DNA of 63,811 nt, filler included, from Octopus bimaculoides (GCF_001194135.2; 7 parts of 6 records of this genome joined end to end with filler, not necessarily neighbours in it), one strand, 5' to 3'; counted from the first letter of the whole stretch, positions 1 to 14,016 are shown. The notes: a model not told the origin generated them from the letters alone. Program-made: numbers and translations.

Positions 1-8
1 ATATATAC

Positions 9-43
<35 letters not shown>

Positions 44-391
44 CATATATACATACATGCATAAATGATATTTTCCACGCCATTACATTTTGTTCTAATC
101 ATGATGCATTCTCTTTTGCTTCATTCTAGCGTTCAGACTGTTCCATGAAACACGATATGTTCTATGAAGGTAAGGGATATCCTACAATTATTTAATGCAC
201 CAGTCAAATTACTGACAAATAACTGTCCAACTATAAGCTTTTTCCGCTTATTTCTTACTACTCTTGAAACTTATTCCTCTCTATCTATCCATCTAATTAC
301 TATCTTATATTTTTATATGTCTTTCTGTCAATCTATCTATTCAACTATCTATCTATTTATTTATCTATCTATTGCTGTTTTGTTTTTTGGT

Positions 392-424
<33 letters not shown>

Positions 425-495
425 ACTACTTCTTATTATTATTATTCTTTATCTTCTTTTTTCTTCTAATTATTATTATTATTATCATTATCATA

Positions 496-556
<61 letters not shown>
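392..556. repeat. (CTT)n/(ATT)n microsatellite
   Basis: Direct reading. Confidence 0.95.
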
Positions 557-3500
557 TGTGCTATTTTTCTTTGTTGTTAACTGCCTCTACCAATAGTTCT
601 ACCAACAATATTTGATTTTACACAGAAAGTGTTGCATTCCTTTTATATTTTGAATTACTGTTAATGTGAGCCACCAGAAAATGTTCCTGGAGCAGAAACA
701 TTTTGTCTTGACATTTTCCTTTCACATTGTATATTCTACGAGAGAGAATCTGTCACTTTGTTCACATTTAAAACGGCCGTATTAATGGTAGCAGAAAAAA
801 GTATACCCTACGGTGATGCCAAGTCAAAAATCTTAAAAGCCGCCTCTGCTAGGATTTTTCAAATATGAAAATCAGGTTGTAAGAAAATGAGTGTAAATAG
901 TAATTATACGGACGGATAGGATAGTGTCGAAAATGTATTAAACCAGAATTTTTTTAAAGATATTAGTGATAGCGTTGAGAAACGTAAGGATATTCAAACA
1001 AATATGCTCATCATATGTCGTAATAGTTCAAAATTTGGAGTCTCCTGTTATCCAGCTCCAGTAAAGTGGTCTATTTATGTCAAGAAAGAACCGTTTTCTT
1101 TGTCTTGTAATTTTTCCAAGTAGTAACATTGTTCTGAATAGTGTGAAGGAGTGTTTTTTTTTTTCCATGTAATTTTTTCTAGTACTGTTAATATCGTTGT
1201 AACTGCTGCTACTGTGGGCACTGATGTCATCAAATGTCAATCATGAAAGAAATACCTTGTGGCACTACGGGTACGAGAGATATCTACAGGCACAGAATTG
1301 TTGTCCGTCATGCTCGCAGATCCATAGACCTCTTATGCACTCACTGCTACAATATGAGCACTATTGAGTTGGGAAGCTATGCTGTACCACTGTTATTTTA
1401 TGCACAGTGTTTCACCTTATTTGCCGAACTTACCTTGAAAACCGCCCCATAGCTTTCTTTTAATAAAGTGATGTAAGTAGGGCTCATCTGTGCCTGAGTA
1501 AAATAGACAGTGCGATGAAAGGGGAGTCACTTTTCGGTTTCACATGAAACGAAATATGAGAAAGAAGAGAAATGTGTTCTTCAACAGTGATCATCTCAAA
1601 ACGTGGGTGACTCTGGAAAATGTATTAAATAATGGATATTATATTAGAAAAAAGCGGATGGCAAAGGACACGTATTAGGAATGGCGTGGGCAAGCATAGG
1701 AGTGTCAGGTTCCTAGTTCCGCACGTTTGTCAATTCATATATTCTGCAAGTTAACTACACTTTTTATCGCTTTCCTCGCATCTTTTTTTAAATTTAAAAT
1801 TCACACACGATTTCAAATATATTGTAAACTCTCTTTTTAATAAAAATAAACCCAGTGGTATATAATAAATCGCTACTATTAATACTTTGAAGAACTACGT
1901 GTTTAAAGTGTCTTACATAGTGACATGAGATTTGTTAAAATATTTTACGTTTTGATATCAAATCATTACATTACCGGTTCAGCATTTCTTTCGTACTGTC
2001 GGATCGATAAGATAAAAATACCAAACAAAGAAGACGATGTCGTCAACTATTCTTTTACCCTCAAAAATTATTTGCCTTCTACCTAAATTAATAAAAGCGG
2101 CAGAATGTGGTGAGCTGGCTTAAGGCGCTTAGCTAGAAAATTTATTAGCCCGCTGGACATAATGCTTAGTCGCATTTCCTCCGTCTTCATATTGTGATTT
2201 CTAACTCTACCGGGAGCGTCTTCTCGGGTCGGTGAAACAAGTGCGAAAAGAGCACAGGGATTTATGTAATTGATTGCTCCCTCCACACTCAACTAAATTT
2301 CGAGACTTTTGCCTATAGTACAAATGAATATCAAAAAGGCAATAGTATGGCAGAATTATCAGAAAAATGTATTGTACATTTTCATCCATTCCAGGTTCAA
2401 ATCCCACCAGGCAAGCGTGTTTTGTATCCCTCCTTTACCCATGTCTATGTAAAATATACCTGTTGAAGTACTAGTTCGGGTATTACTTATTGACACATCC
2501 CCTGAAATGTGTTGGCATTATGCCTTAATCCAAAATCATTATTGTTGTCCTTTCATCTACTGTTATTTACCTTGAAGGTATACATTCCCACAGATCCCCA
2601 GTCAGAGGTAATATTCTCCTATACTCCCCTCATGTAAAATGCCTTTGCTTTCCGTTTGTTTCATTATGAAAGTACATTGCTACATGCGATGTTCAAATAA
2701 CTATCCAGTAAAAGAAACAAATGTACTTGCGTATTCATTTTTATTGTAGTGTATTTCATTGTATTTGCAGTTGATTACATATCGAGTTGATAATTAGTTG
2801 CTCGTTAAAGACACCGCATGCAGTAGGATATATAAACTACCAAGGCGGTGCCAGCGAATACATTCCTAAAATCTTTCTAACACAAAACGGATGGAAAAGG
2901 AGGGTGAATAGAAATGGCAATTATTAAAACAATCACATGAGAATGCAACAAAAGCACTACTGCCACTAATAGCAACTCTTGTCTTCGGTTTGCAAATCAA
3001 AAGAAGATATTGGTCAAATTCAGACAAATGAAGAACCGTCGCATATGCAGTACGATGGTAACTCTATGCTCGATAAATTGATTCCCGAACTTGGAAGGTT
3101 ACCATATGACCTCGAAAGTATTTAGAGGAAGCCCTCACCAATGTATGATAAGAAGTGCCTTCCATGCGCGAGGCAGGTCATATGTAATACTGGGTTTGGT
3201 TTTCATGATCAAGATGAGAATCAAAGGATAGCCCGAGCTACCATGTAGGGGTTCCATCATATGTTTGCTTTCCGAACTTTAATAAATTTAACCGTAAAAA
3301 GATCGTTCAACTGGGTACGCAGGCTACCTGTTGCTCATGGATATTACGTCAGCAATTTTTCCAGGGCCCAAATACCTACAACCATCAACGGATTTCATTT
3401 TTGTCACAACCACATATCAATGTCACATAAATAAAAGAAAACATTAAATATTGTAGTTTTAGTGACATTATGTACGAAATGAAAGAGAAAGGCACAGTTG

Positions 3501-3997
3501 GCATAGATTTAAGTATAAGTTTCATCGGATAGAACCGACAGTGGTTTAAAAGAACATGGTGTATATACACCCTATATATAACCTACAACTGAAAAATACA
3601 GTTTACTTTTGGGTGATCTTCTGAGACATTGGTATTAGCATTAGGGTGCACGTCGATAAATTAAAATATTCATCCGTCTCAGTAAAGTGAATTGTATTTA
3701 CGCTCTAGTAGGTTAAGAAAACAATTTATTGGGAACACATTCGCACACATTCACAACTTCATCACAATGAGTATCAATTTTTCTTTGCGGCAATTGTGAT
3801 GGGAACACTCGTGCTGCTGATAATATTGGAACGGATATATATGCTTCCGGCATCTTGTCCGAATGCAAGAAAATCAAATTATGTTAATTTTTGCCTCTTT
3901 CAAAGTTAAGAATGATGTAGTAGGAATTAGCTTAATTTAATGCTTGTGGTACTTAGTTTTAGACTTCGAGAGTATTCAACCCTGGACACTTAATTAC

Positions 3998-4269
3998 CAT
4001 TTTGTACATCTGTTTGTATGCATTTTGCTACAGATAGGTCATTTTCTGTGAAGCTTCCTTTTTCATTTGCTTTGTTAGTATTCACTTCTATGATCAGATT
4101 CAGGAATTGTCTTGAAGAAGCATTGCAAAATCCCACTTCTTCAGGGCAGACTAAAATCTTCCAAATGCCTTCAGTGAAATTGCAAGATTTATATTGCTCT
4201 AAAATATTCTTCCTCCAAACATTGTTGAACATGTCTTTGAATCTATCACAGCCATCTTCATCAAAAACA
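3998..4269 (-). CDS. Orphan exon candidate, 272 bp, phase 2-1: VFDEDGCDRFKDMFNNVWRKNILEQYKSCNFTEGIWKILVCPEE...KCIQTDVQN
   Basis: Acceptor tatttctaacag, donor G|GTAATT. 90 stop-free codons in AT-rich sequence. No family recognised. Confidence 0.4.
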
Positions 4270-4998
4270 CTGTTAGAAATACTAGCCGAGTATCATCTTA
4301 AATCATATCTTAGTTTTAAGATATAATTTAGGGAATTAGTGAAGAAAGAAGCGAAGAAGAGAGATCGAAAGACAAAGAAGGACGAAAACAAAGAAGGATA
4401 AAAGAATGAAAGAACAAAAGAAGGAAAAGATGCAAGCACACTTCGTACGTTGAAAAATGTACGGAGTATTTTATTTGCTTCTCTTCCGATTCTGATATTT
4501 TACCCACTTTCTTAATTGTTAACTATTTCAACAACAGGAACACCAATATGGCTGTTATTGACTCTGAGAGCAAACCTAGTACAGTCAAGATATATTCAAA
4601 GGAACAATTATTTAATAAATGATATAAAGGAAGAGCGAAAAAAGAAACGCGTAAACAAAAACCACAAAAACAATAAGAATATCTCCGAGAATAAGTGTCA
4701 GATATATAATAAACAAGGGAAACACCACCAAAGAAACATTCGCAACAACTGCAAAAGTACTTGATATACTATTGCAATAACAAAGTAAACGCTATGAGCA
4801 ATAACAATAATTATCTTCCCTTATACAAAATTTACTTAAAACCAAATATTGTATTTGGTTACCGATGCTTTCAAAATTATTCAATGTTCACGAATGATTT
4901 TAGTTTTCTTGTATATTTGTTTTTCAAAAATTTATGCTGGGAAAAATGTATTTGGATATGCATACGCAAATACAGACACGTAAGCGCACATGCATAAT

Positions 4999-5032
<34 letters not shown>

Positions 5033-5102
5033 AGAACACACTCGCAGCTATGCACACACACGCACACACAACACAAACACACACACACACACACAAACAA
5101 AA

Positions 5103-5150
<48 letters not shown>

Positions 5151-5329
5151 ATACAAGGTGCAGAGGTATTTGAGGACATGTTTGGTAAATGAATAAACAA
5201 GTGTAATCTAACAAAAGCAAAATGTATTTTCATAAGAAATTGTGCACATATTCTGCATAAGCTTTCTTGTAATTTCATTCTATGATTCGACCTTCATCTT
5301 CGATATTTGCTTGAAGGTGGGATCAGAAT

Positions 5330-6700
5330 TGTTGATATGATTGTACTAAACAGCCTTTATTCGTTTCATATTCACATGGATTACCGTGGCTATCAGTGCA
5401 GCTATGGGATTGTGAGAATGTCGATTAGTGCCGTCGATTAGCTTACTTTACAAAAACGCTCCAAGCTATTAAGAATAGTCCATCAGACTTCAAGTTTCAC
5501 GTTGATGCAGCCTTTTGCGAAATTATTTGTAGAGGATCTAATTGAGAAGCTATGTAAGACCTTTTCAGGATTCTTGAATGTTCTTCGGGAAAGATACATC
5601 ACGAGAAGCAGTTGAACTCCCTTGTACGGGACTGATTTATAGACATGTGACAGATAGATCCATATGATATCGATGTCACTTTTATCTACCCTAGCTCTCT
5701 GTATTGCACCCTAAATCATAGATTTGTAGTTTATGTATCCAAACATTCCTTGAATACACCATTTATCGACGGGTATATATAACTATTTAATAGCTGTGAA
5801 GTATTGATTAAACCTTGCAGCCAAGCAAACATGATGGAGAAGATTCCCCCATCAATGTTCTGATGTGGTATTGTTTTGAACTGATTGGTGCTACATAATC
5901 TCTGTTCTTCTTTGATACGTACTCCGTCAGCTATTATACTTTTACCTTAGCAGGTGTTCTGAAGTCACACGATAATATTGGAGCATTTCTTATCCATCAG
6001 GAAAGATATTCCGTTTGGTCCTGACTATGATTTGTTTCCGGCTACATGAACCACTTTCTAACTATACTCAGTGTTGATGGTTTGTCGTTGAACATTTTTT
6101 CTGGCACTGCTGATCATGCAAGATCCTGGATCGCTAGTAACACCTTTCTACGAGAGAAAGAGAGACCAAGCTTTTTAAAGACGCTGATGAAGAGTTTCTT
6201 TGTCTTCTGTGATTATTATGGACTTTAGTCATTCAGTTAATTTCCTGGTAAACTGCAATGGGTTTATGAATATTCAATTTGGGGTTTATTTTCAATTTCT
6301 CATAATTTCGCTGATTCTGCTTTGCTGAATTCACTATGCATCGCTTTCAGGCTTTTCCAAAAATTCTCTAATATTTGAATCTAGGAATTTTGTGTACGCT
6401 TCATTTCTTTCTTGATAATCCTACTCTTCTACCAGATATTATTAATTTATCGTTGACGTTCGAATTTCTGAGATGTTTTCGTTCTTGGGAGTTTTAATCC
6501 ATAGATGTCTCTACACATTGCAAAACAGTGTCTTCAAATGCAACTAGTTAATGGTGATTCTCACGTTCTATCTGCAAACTATTACTTCATTTTTTGCGCC
6601 AGCTGGTGGCAGGTTGTACTTCGATCATTTGATGTTCAGAACTTGTAGAAATTTCTCATCTGTTTCATTGTGCGTTGCCGTTTGAGAAGTAAAATTTGGC
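5330..6700 (-). mobile_element. Degenerate reverse transcriptase of a HERO-like (RLE clade) non-LTR retrotransposon
   Basis: Broken frames give GPNGISFLMDKKCSN, QFKTIPHQNIDGGIFSIMFA...NSYIYPS, and DIDIIWIYLSHVYKSVPYKGVQLLLVMY...SIRSSTNNF...VKLEV. These are colinear with RT motifs GPNG / FRTISLLNVEGKIF / VIWLDLANAYGSVPH. Boundaries approximate. Confidence 0.65.
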
Positions 6701-8779
6701 GTAGTCAGCAGAGACATAGGAAATGTTCAAGACGTTTGAAAATTAAAGTAAAACATTGTGGTGTGGCAGCTCTCCATCCTCTTCGATATAAATATCTTAT
6801 ATATGATATTATAATATCATATATCATATTATGTCATATCGTATTATGTGTGTATCTGTATGTACCTTTATATATATATATATATATACATATATATNNN
6901 NNNNNNNNNNNNNNNNNNNNNNNNNNNNNNNNNNNNNNNNNNNNNNNNNNNNNNNNNNNNNNNNNNNNNNNNNNNNNNNNNNNNNNNNNNNNNNNNNNNN
7001 NNNNNNNNNNNNNNNNNNNNNNNNNNNNNNNNNNNNNNNNNNNNNNNNNNNNNNNNNNNNNNNNNNNNNNNNNNNNNNNNNNNNNNNNNNNNNNNNNNNN
7101 NNNNNNNNNNNNNNNNNNNNNNNNNNNNNNNNNNNNNNNNNNNNNNNNNNNNNNNNNNNNNNNNNNNNNNNNNNNGGGGGGGGGCATTTCTCTGCATATG
7201 CAACATAATTGGGTATTCTCTCTTAGAAACATCCACGAACGTGCAGATAGGTAATAGTACGTAGGCGTTTTTAGACACACGCATACTGGCATACCAATAT
7301 AATCATATGTTCGCGCGTGTGTGTTAACTTTCTCGTCTTTGGACATCGGAAAATATGTTATTATGTCCGCATATGTGCGTATACGTGCATATGTGCAATG
7401 TATGTATGCAATTGTAATCGATGGTTACATACATTTCATTGACAACATATTCGCATGTATAGCTATGCATGCACTTTCTTATTCACTTTCTTATTTAGAA
7501 TACAAAACCAGTTGCGAAGTATTTGACAAGCCTTGCTTATGTGAATTAAGACAGTTGCATTCTTTTGTGAATAAGTGAATCTTCGTGTACGTGTATGTGA
7601 TTATGTGTCTGCATCTTGAATTGGGGTGCTTATAACTGTATGCATGTGTGTGTATGTGCGTGAGTGCGTGTGTACGTATATGAGTGTGCAGAGTGGGTGT
7701 TTCTTCCAGTTGAAGCAAATGAGGATTCTTTGAAGTACTTTACAAATCTTCACTGATCAATAATAATATATTGAAGATGCGCATCAGGCTGTTCTGTTCT
7801 TCTGTTAAGGACGCCAACAGTTCCATGTTTCTACAAGAATCTTTTGTTGCATAAACCAATGTACCAATGGAGGTGGATAATTATAAGAATTTAAAGCCAT
7901 AGTGCAAAAGCAATAGTATTTGCATATATTATAGAAAGTCTTTAAAATTTTAAATATGGCATTCAAATTTCTTGGGCAGGTAGTCTCTACAACATTGTAT
8001 GAGTTCTGTACCCAAATCAATAGAACAATATGAGGTGGGTTTTTCTCTATACAACACAGTAGGATTTGCCAGCAGTAGTCTTCCTTTTTAAACTGCAAAA
8101 TACATTCCATATTTATTGTTATTCCACTGTGTTTGTTATGGCAATTATTTTCACAGATTACATAGTATTCGGGGTTTTGCGATATTCTAATGCCATATAG
8201 GAAGAAATACAATGTCTTTTACTAAGGTTCTGTAATGATTCCTACCCTTCTAGTTTACATTTCCTTTTCTCTCTTATATTTATATCAAGTATTCTTTATC
8301 TTGCATTTAGCACTTGTTTCTGACGTATGTATAGCACATTGAGGCACTAAAATATGCAGGGTAATATATGTTTTACAACTAATGTAGAAGATTATAAAGA
8401 TTGTCAGCTTGCTCTTTAGAAAAAGTGTTGCAGATATTTTAATCTTCTGCGAACCGGCAGTGTTAGTCAAGAGATAATAATCTGGTTAATTTTTTTCCTT
8501 CAAATGGCAAGCCTTTCGAAGGCTATTGCACCAATAATAACAATCATAGAATTAAATTCATAATGTCGGGTTTTGTAGTGGCTTTCAGTTAAAAGTCAGT
8601 TCCGACTGATTTTGAAAACAACACATTTGCGGGGAGGCTGAATTCTATTATAACTGTAACCAACAACATTTTTATCAGGGAAATAAAACACAACGTGAAT
8701 TTAATTAGTCATAACTTAAAAAAAAAAAACTATATCAATGATTAATATAAAATTCTGTCATAATTTTTAAGAGTCTCTC

Positions 8780-9700
8780 TTAACTAATTTCTTGGATGCC
8801 TCCGGATTAGGTATGGATTCGATCAAATTGTTGATGACAAGTTCATACACGTTTATCACTCCTTCTGCCAATACTGCCTTAACTCATTACTTCCTGCAAT
8901 TTTTGAGGAGCTTACATGTTACTTCCTCTTAAGATGCTTCCATATTTGTTTAATCAGATTAATGCCGGGTCCTTTGGTGTAATCTTTTCAGAGATTCCGT
9001 GAGTTCTTTTCCGAGATTGTGATAGCAGTACTTGTATGACACGGGTCCCATCTTCTGGGGAATGGGTCTTCTGCTAATCATTTCCTACAATAGAACTCAT
9101 TAGTAATGGAGTTGTTGCAAGTATTTGACAGCATTATGGGTCATTCAAATGGGCTTCCACAAAAATATTTTTCCCTGCATGTCTCTCACATTTGCCTAAT
9201 TCATTAAATCCAGTTACCCCATATTTAAGAATCCGACTGTCATTTTCCTGTTACCCCATATGCTAAAACTCCGACTGTCATTTTCTACATTGTTGCGTCA
9301 CACACATATAACTCACTTGAAGTGAAATAGCGCTCGATTATTTTTTCGTTGAATTTATTATTATTCTCGAAATCTTCTGAATATCTATTTAAACTAATTG
9401 AAATATTTCGTTCTTATTGTTACTCTTCCGTCGTACCCAAGCTCTTTCATTACTGCTTTTATGCAGTATGGCAACATATCTTTAGAATTTGCAAACTTGG
9501 CATCGATATTTAATAGCTCTCCTATCAACTGCCCTCTTTGTCCTCTTAGAAAATTTCTGCTGTCTCCCAGATCTCTTCATCACTCGATAATGGCCTTCAT
9601 CAACCTGTCTATTGATTCTGATATTTATGTTTTAAGATTAATATCAAACTGTTGAGCTTTCCCCGTCTGGAGTTGATACATTGACACTAGCCGATGGTTT
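8780..9700 (-). mobile_element. Tc1/mariner transposase relic
   Basis: Fragments in order: KRSGRQQKFSKRTKR (paired-domain linker), EDG[fs]PCHTS (QDGAPCH) and KGPGINLIKQIWKHLKRK (SPDLNPIENLW). Many stops and frameshifts. Confidence 0.65.
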
Positions 9701-9859
9701 TCCAGATTTAGAATTGATCGATATATTTTTCGAAATCGTTTCCCTTGGTGTACATAATCAAAGGGAACTCATAATTAGTTGTTGGAAATACCATTAAATT
9801 TACATGTCTACTGGCCAAAATAGGGAAAACATGACTTAGAAGAAAACAAAAGTCACTGA

Positions 9860-9925
<66 letters not shown>

Positions 9926-9998
9926 NNNNNNNNNNNNNNNNNNNNNNNNNNNNNNNNNNNNNNNNNNNNNNNNNNNNNNNNNNNNNNNNNNNNNNNNN

Positions 9999-10056
<58 letters not shown>

Positions 10057-11049
10057 CCTTTCGTAGTCACTGTATATGTTATCACGTCTATCCCAGATAA
10101 TTGTAACAAAACAAATATGCCTGTCTTTTGTGGAATTTTGTGAAAAGTTTCCACCAATATCAGCTGTGTTGAAACGTACACATCTACTTTACACCAGAAG
10201 CATTTTATATATTTGTGGGTGCTGAATATTTCTTGACAAGGTTTGTTAATTCACATTAAACCTCATTGAAAGTTCATAACTGAATGGCATTTTATTAGCA
10301 GCTGTCCATCGTATATTGAATATTTTCCACACAATATATAACATCACCATATTCGTATTGATAAGGACTTCACAGTCTCATATATTCACTATACATTTCA
10401 TTTGTATCACTTGAGCATGGATAACAAAAGAAATATACTTCAAATATGATGCTATGTAACAATTACGAGTCCAAGGGAGGCGAAATCCCACGATAATATT
10501 ATCAATGTCCTGTAGTTTATGAAACAATATCAATGTATGATATTTATTATGTTAAGCACAGATTTTCATTGAGATATGATTGTTTGGCAATTCTGGAGTC
10601 TCATAGAACGTAATCGAATAGCGAATACTTCTTGAGAAGTACATTGCCAGCCTGTAAGTTGCCGTTCTCTTCACTTCCAGTCCCTTAGTGTAGATATTGT
10701 TGCTTTTTGCTTAAAAATGTTTAGTGTGAATCATACTCAGACGTTGTTTGGACGGGCGGTTAGATTTTTTAGCCTGTTCATGGGATACAGTATGATAATA
10801 TCAATATTTTCGTGGAAGACGCTAGCTGATGTCAATGTCGGATATGTCTTAACATCACTCTAGAGAATTTCGTGACCAAAAATATCGAAAATTATCAAGT
10901 ATTGTAAAATTACTAGCATTGGAAATGTATTATGGAATGATATCGTATTGCAAGAAGAGAAAATCTACTAACAATTTTCAAATTTTCAAGACTAGTAGAC
11001 TAGTAATATATCGTTCTTGTATCACTCTCGACGTTCATATATATATATC

Positions 11050-11098
<49 letters not shown>

Positions 11099-12218
11099 AA
11101 ATAGTAAATGAGTATATGCATATATACGTACAGGTATGTGCATACAGACATCCACCTGTATGTATAGGTGCATATCTGGGTACAGGACATTGCAAACAAA
11201 ACGTACACAAGAAAACACACAAGCCACATAAAGAACATTTTCCTTCATCAGCTACCCCCGTTTTAACACCGGCGTTTCGAAGAGCNNNNNNNNNNNNNNN
11301 NNNNNNNNNNNNNNNNNNNNNNNNNNNNNNNNNNNNNNNNNNNNNNNNNNNNNNNNNNNNNNNNNNNNNNNNNNNNNNNNNNNNNNNNNNNNNNNNNNNN
11401 NNNNNNNNNNNNNNNNNNNNNNNNNNNNNNNNNNNNNNNNNNNNNNNNNNNNNNNNNNNNNNNNNNNNNNNNNNNNNNNNNNNNNNNNNNNNNNNNNNNN
11501 NNNNNNNNNNNNNNNNNNNNNNNNNNNNNNNNNNNNNNNNNNNNNNNNNNNNNNNNNNNNNNNNNNNNNNNNNNNNNNNNNNNNNNNNNNNNNNNNNNNN
11601 NNNNNNNNNNNNNNNNNNNNNNNNNNNNNNNNNNNNNNNNNNNNNNNNNNNNNNNNNNNNNNNNNNNNNNNNNNNNNNNNNNNNNNNNNNNNNNNNNNNN
11701 NNNNNNNNNNNNNNNNNNNNNNNNNNNNNNNNNTATATATATATATATATTAGAGAAAATAATAAGGTACTCAGTTATCGGTTCGTTGTACATTTACAAT
11801 TTTTTATTAATATGTCACATGTTTTTATAAATTAGCGCTTGCATCTATTCTAATAGATTTTCCAGATTTAATTTTTCTTGGGAGGATTTGTCTCTGTTTA
11901 TATTATTATTGAATGTGTAGGGGGGAAAGAGATATATAGGATAGTAAAAGAGGGTGAGAATGGGGGAAAAGTGAGAGACAGTGTGGGTGTGTGTTTTTGT
12001 GTATCTCTGTGTTTTTGTGTGTCTCTGTGTATCTGAAAGGAGTGTCAATGGAAAAGAAAAGGAAAGAAATAAGGAAGAAAGGAAGATGAAGGAATTGTGT
12101 ATAAAAAAGGAAGGAGACAAATATGAAAACCAAGTTAACCGGCACAAAAATGTCCCACTATCTGGGTTTCTTGCTTTTTTAGGCTATGTTGTCCCAAAGT
12201 TGAATAGCGATAAAGAAT

Positions 12219-12416
12219 AATGAAATATTGTGATGAATCAATGGGTGAGGCGTCTAAATATTGGTAAGTTCACTTTGTCATAGGCATGGATCAAAAATAT
12301 ATATAAAATAGCATTTCTGTACTCTATTTTATATTTATTTTTGATCCATGCATATGACAAAATGAACTTACCAATATTTAGACACCTCACTCATTGATTC
12401 ATCACAATATTTCATT
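12219..12416. repeat. ~198-bp near-perfect palindrome
   Basis: The first ~80 bp pair with the last ~80 bp with 4 mismatches. The central part also pairs (ATAAAATAG / CTATTTTAT). Confidence 0.9.
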
Positions 12417-12520
12417 TTCGTGATATAAACACAATTCCTTCTTCTTCCTTTCTTCCTTCTTTCCTTCGTTCTCTATTCCATTGACACTTCTTTCAGATAC
12501 ACAGGCACACACACACGCAA

Positions 12521-12551
<31 letters not shown>

Positions 12552-13049
12552 TACACACACACACAAACACATCCACTCTCTCTCACTGGACAATGATGAC
12601 AACTTTTTGAAAACAATTTTCTTCCAAACAATGCCCCACCTTAAATAGCCACCTGGTTTTGCCATTTTTAAAGGCCAAGAATTGACTTGTCATTGAAAGA
12701 ACCGACCAGTTGAAAACACAATTGTCTTCCTTCCTTCACTCCTCCTTCTTTCTTTCTTTCTTTTTTCCATTGACGCTCCATTCAGATACACAGGCACACA
12801 CATACACACAAATACACACAGATACACACAAACACACCAACACAAAACCACACATACGCAAAAACACACACACACACACACACACACACTTTCACTTCCC
12901 CCCATTCCTCACCCTCTCTTACAATCCTATATATCTATATAGAATAGTATCGTAAAGCACTCTATCCCTTTTAGTTTGTAAATGCGAACATAACAGGTCA
13001 CATAGCAGAAGCAAAAGCTGAAGGAAAGAATCGAACACTTTCCCATTTA

Positions 13050-13450
13050 GGCACAGGCTTGGCTATGCAGTCAGAAGAAGTTTGCTTCCCAAACACACGG
13101 TTCTAACTTCAATCCCACTGCGAGGCACCTTGGGCAAGTGTCTTCTACTGTAGCCTCAGGCCGACTAAAGCTTTGCGAGCAGATTTGCTAAATCGAAACT
13201 GAAATAAGCCTGTCGTATATACATATATGCGTGTGTATGTGTCTTTGTGTCTGTGTTTGTCCCTCACCATCGCTTGACACCGGGGTCGGTGTGTTTATGT
13301 CCACGTAACGGAGTGGTTCGGCAAAAGAAAGCCATAGAAGATGTACCAGGCTTAAAAAGTAAGTACTATGGAAAATTTGTACGACTAAAATTCTCCAAGT
13401 CGGTGCCCTAGTATGGCCGCAGTATAATGACTGAAAGAAGTAAAAGATAA
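13050..13450 (+). mobile_element. Full-length, diverged OK/OR-like tRNA-derived SINE
   Basis: tRNA-like head, CCTTGGGCAAGTGTCTTCTAC core, central (TA/TG)n, and tail ending ...ATGGCCGCAG...TGACTGAAAGAAGTAAAAGATAAA. Same family as the many intronic copies. Confidence 0.8.
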
Positions 13451-13881
13451 ATCATAATACAGCCTTACTACCACAAAACCTATAGGATATTTCTTATATT
13501 AGCTGCTTTATTCTCCCCATGATCACATTCGTTTTATTTTTTTTTTCTATGTGCTAACATGTGATAGGTCACAGTATAAAAAAAGGTCTTTGGTACTCTG
13601 ACTCAATATGCAATAGTAGATTGCCAAATATGTCGCACTGTATGGGGTGTATACGTAACAAAGACGTCGGTCATACGGTATTACAGGAGTGGAAATGAAA
13701 ACTGAGATTACACTTTGAATATGAGATATTTAAACCTGATACACAAAGATGATTTAATGGAAACGTTGAGTGAAATAGGAACTTCTGTATAATAATGGTT
13801 TGGTTGGAATATATTCGTCGCACGTTTCTCACCTCTGTTTCTCCTTCCGTCTATCTTTCTTCCCTTCTTTCTTTTTGTTTA

Positions 13882-13922
<41 letters not shown>

Positions 13923-13944
13923 ATATATATATATGTATGTAGAT

Positions 13945-14016
<72 letters not shown>

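Noticed and set aside
1278-1334. RYLQAQNCCPSCSQIHRPL, reminiscent of the PCGF/BMI1 RING C-terminal half
   Set aside because: The upstream RING ligands (HxFCxxC) are absent, a stop follows shortly, and I found no convincing splice sites.
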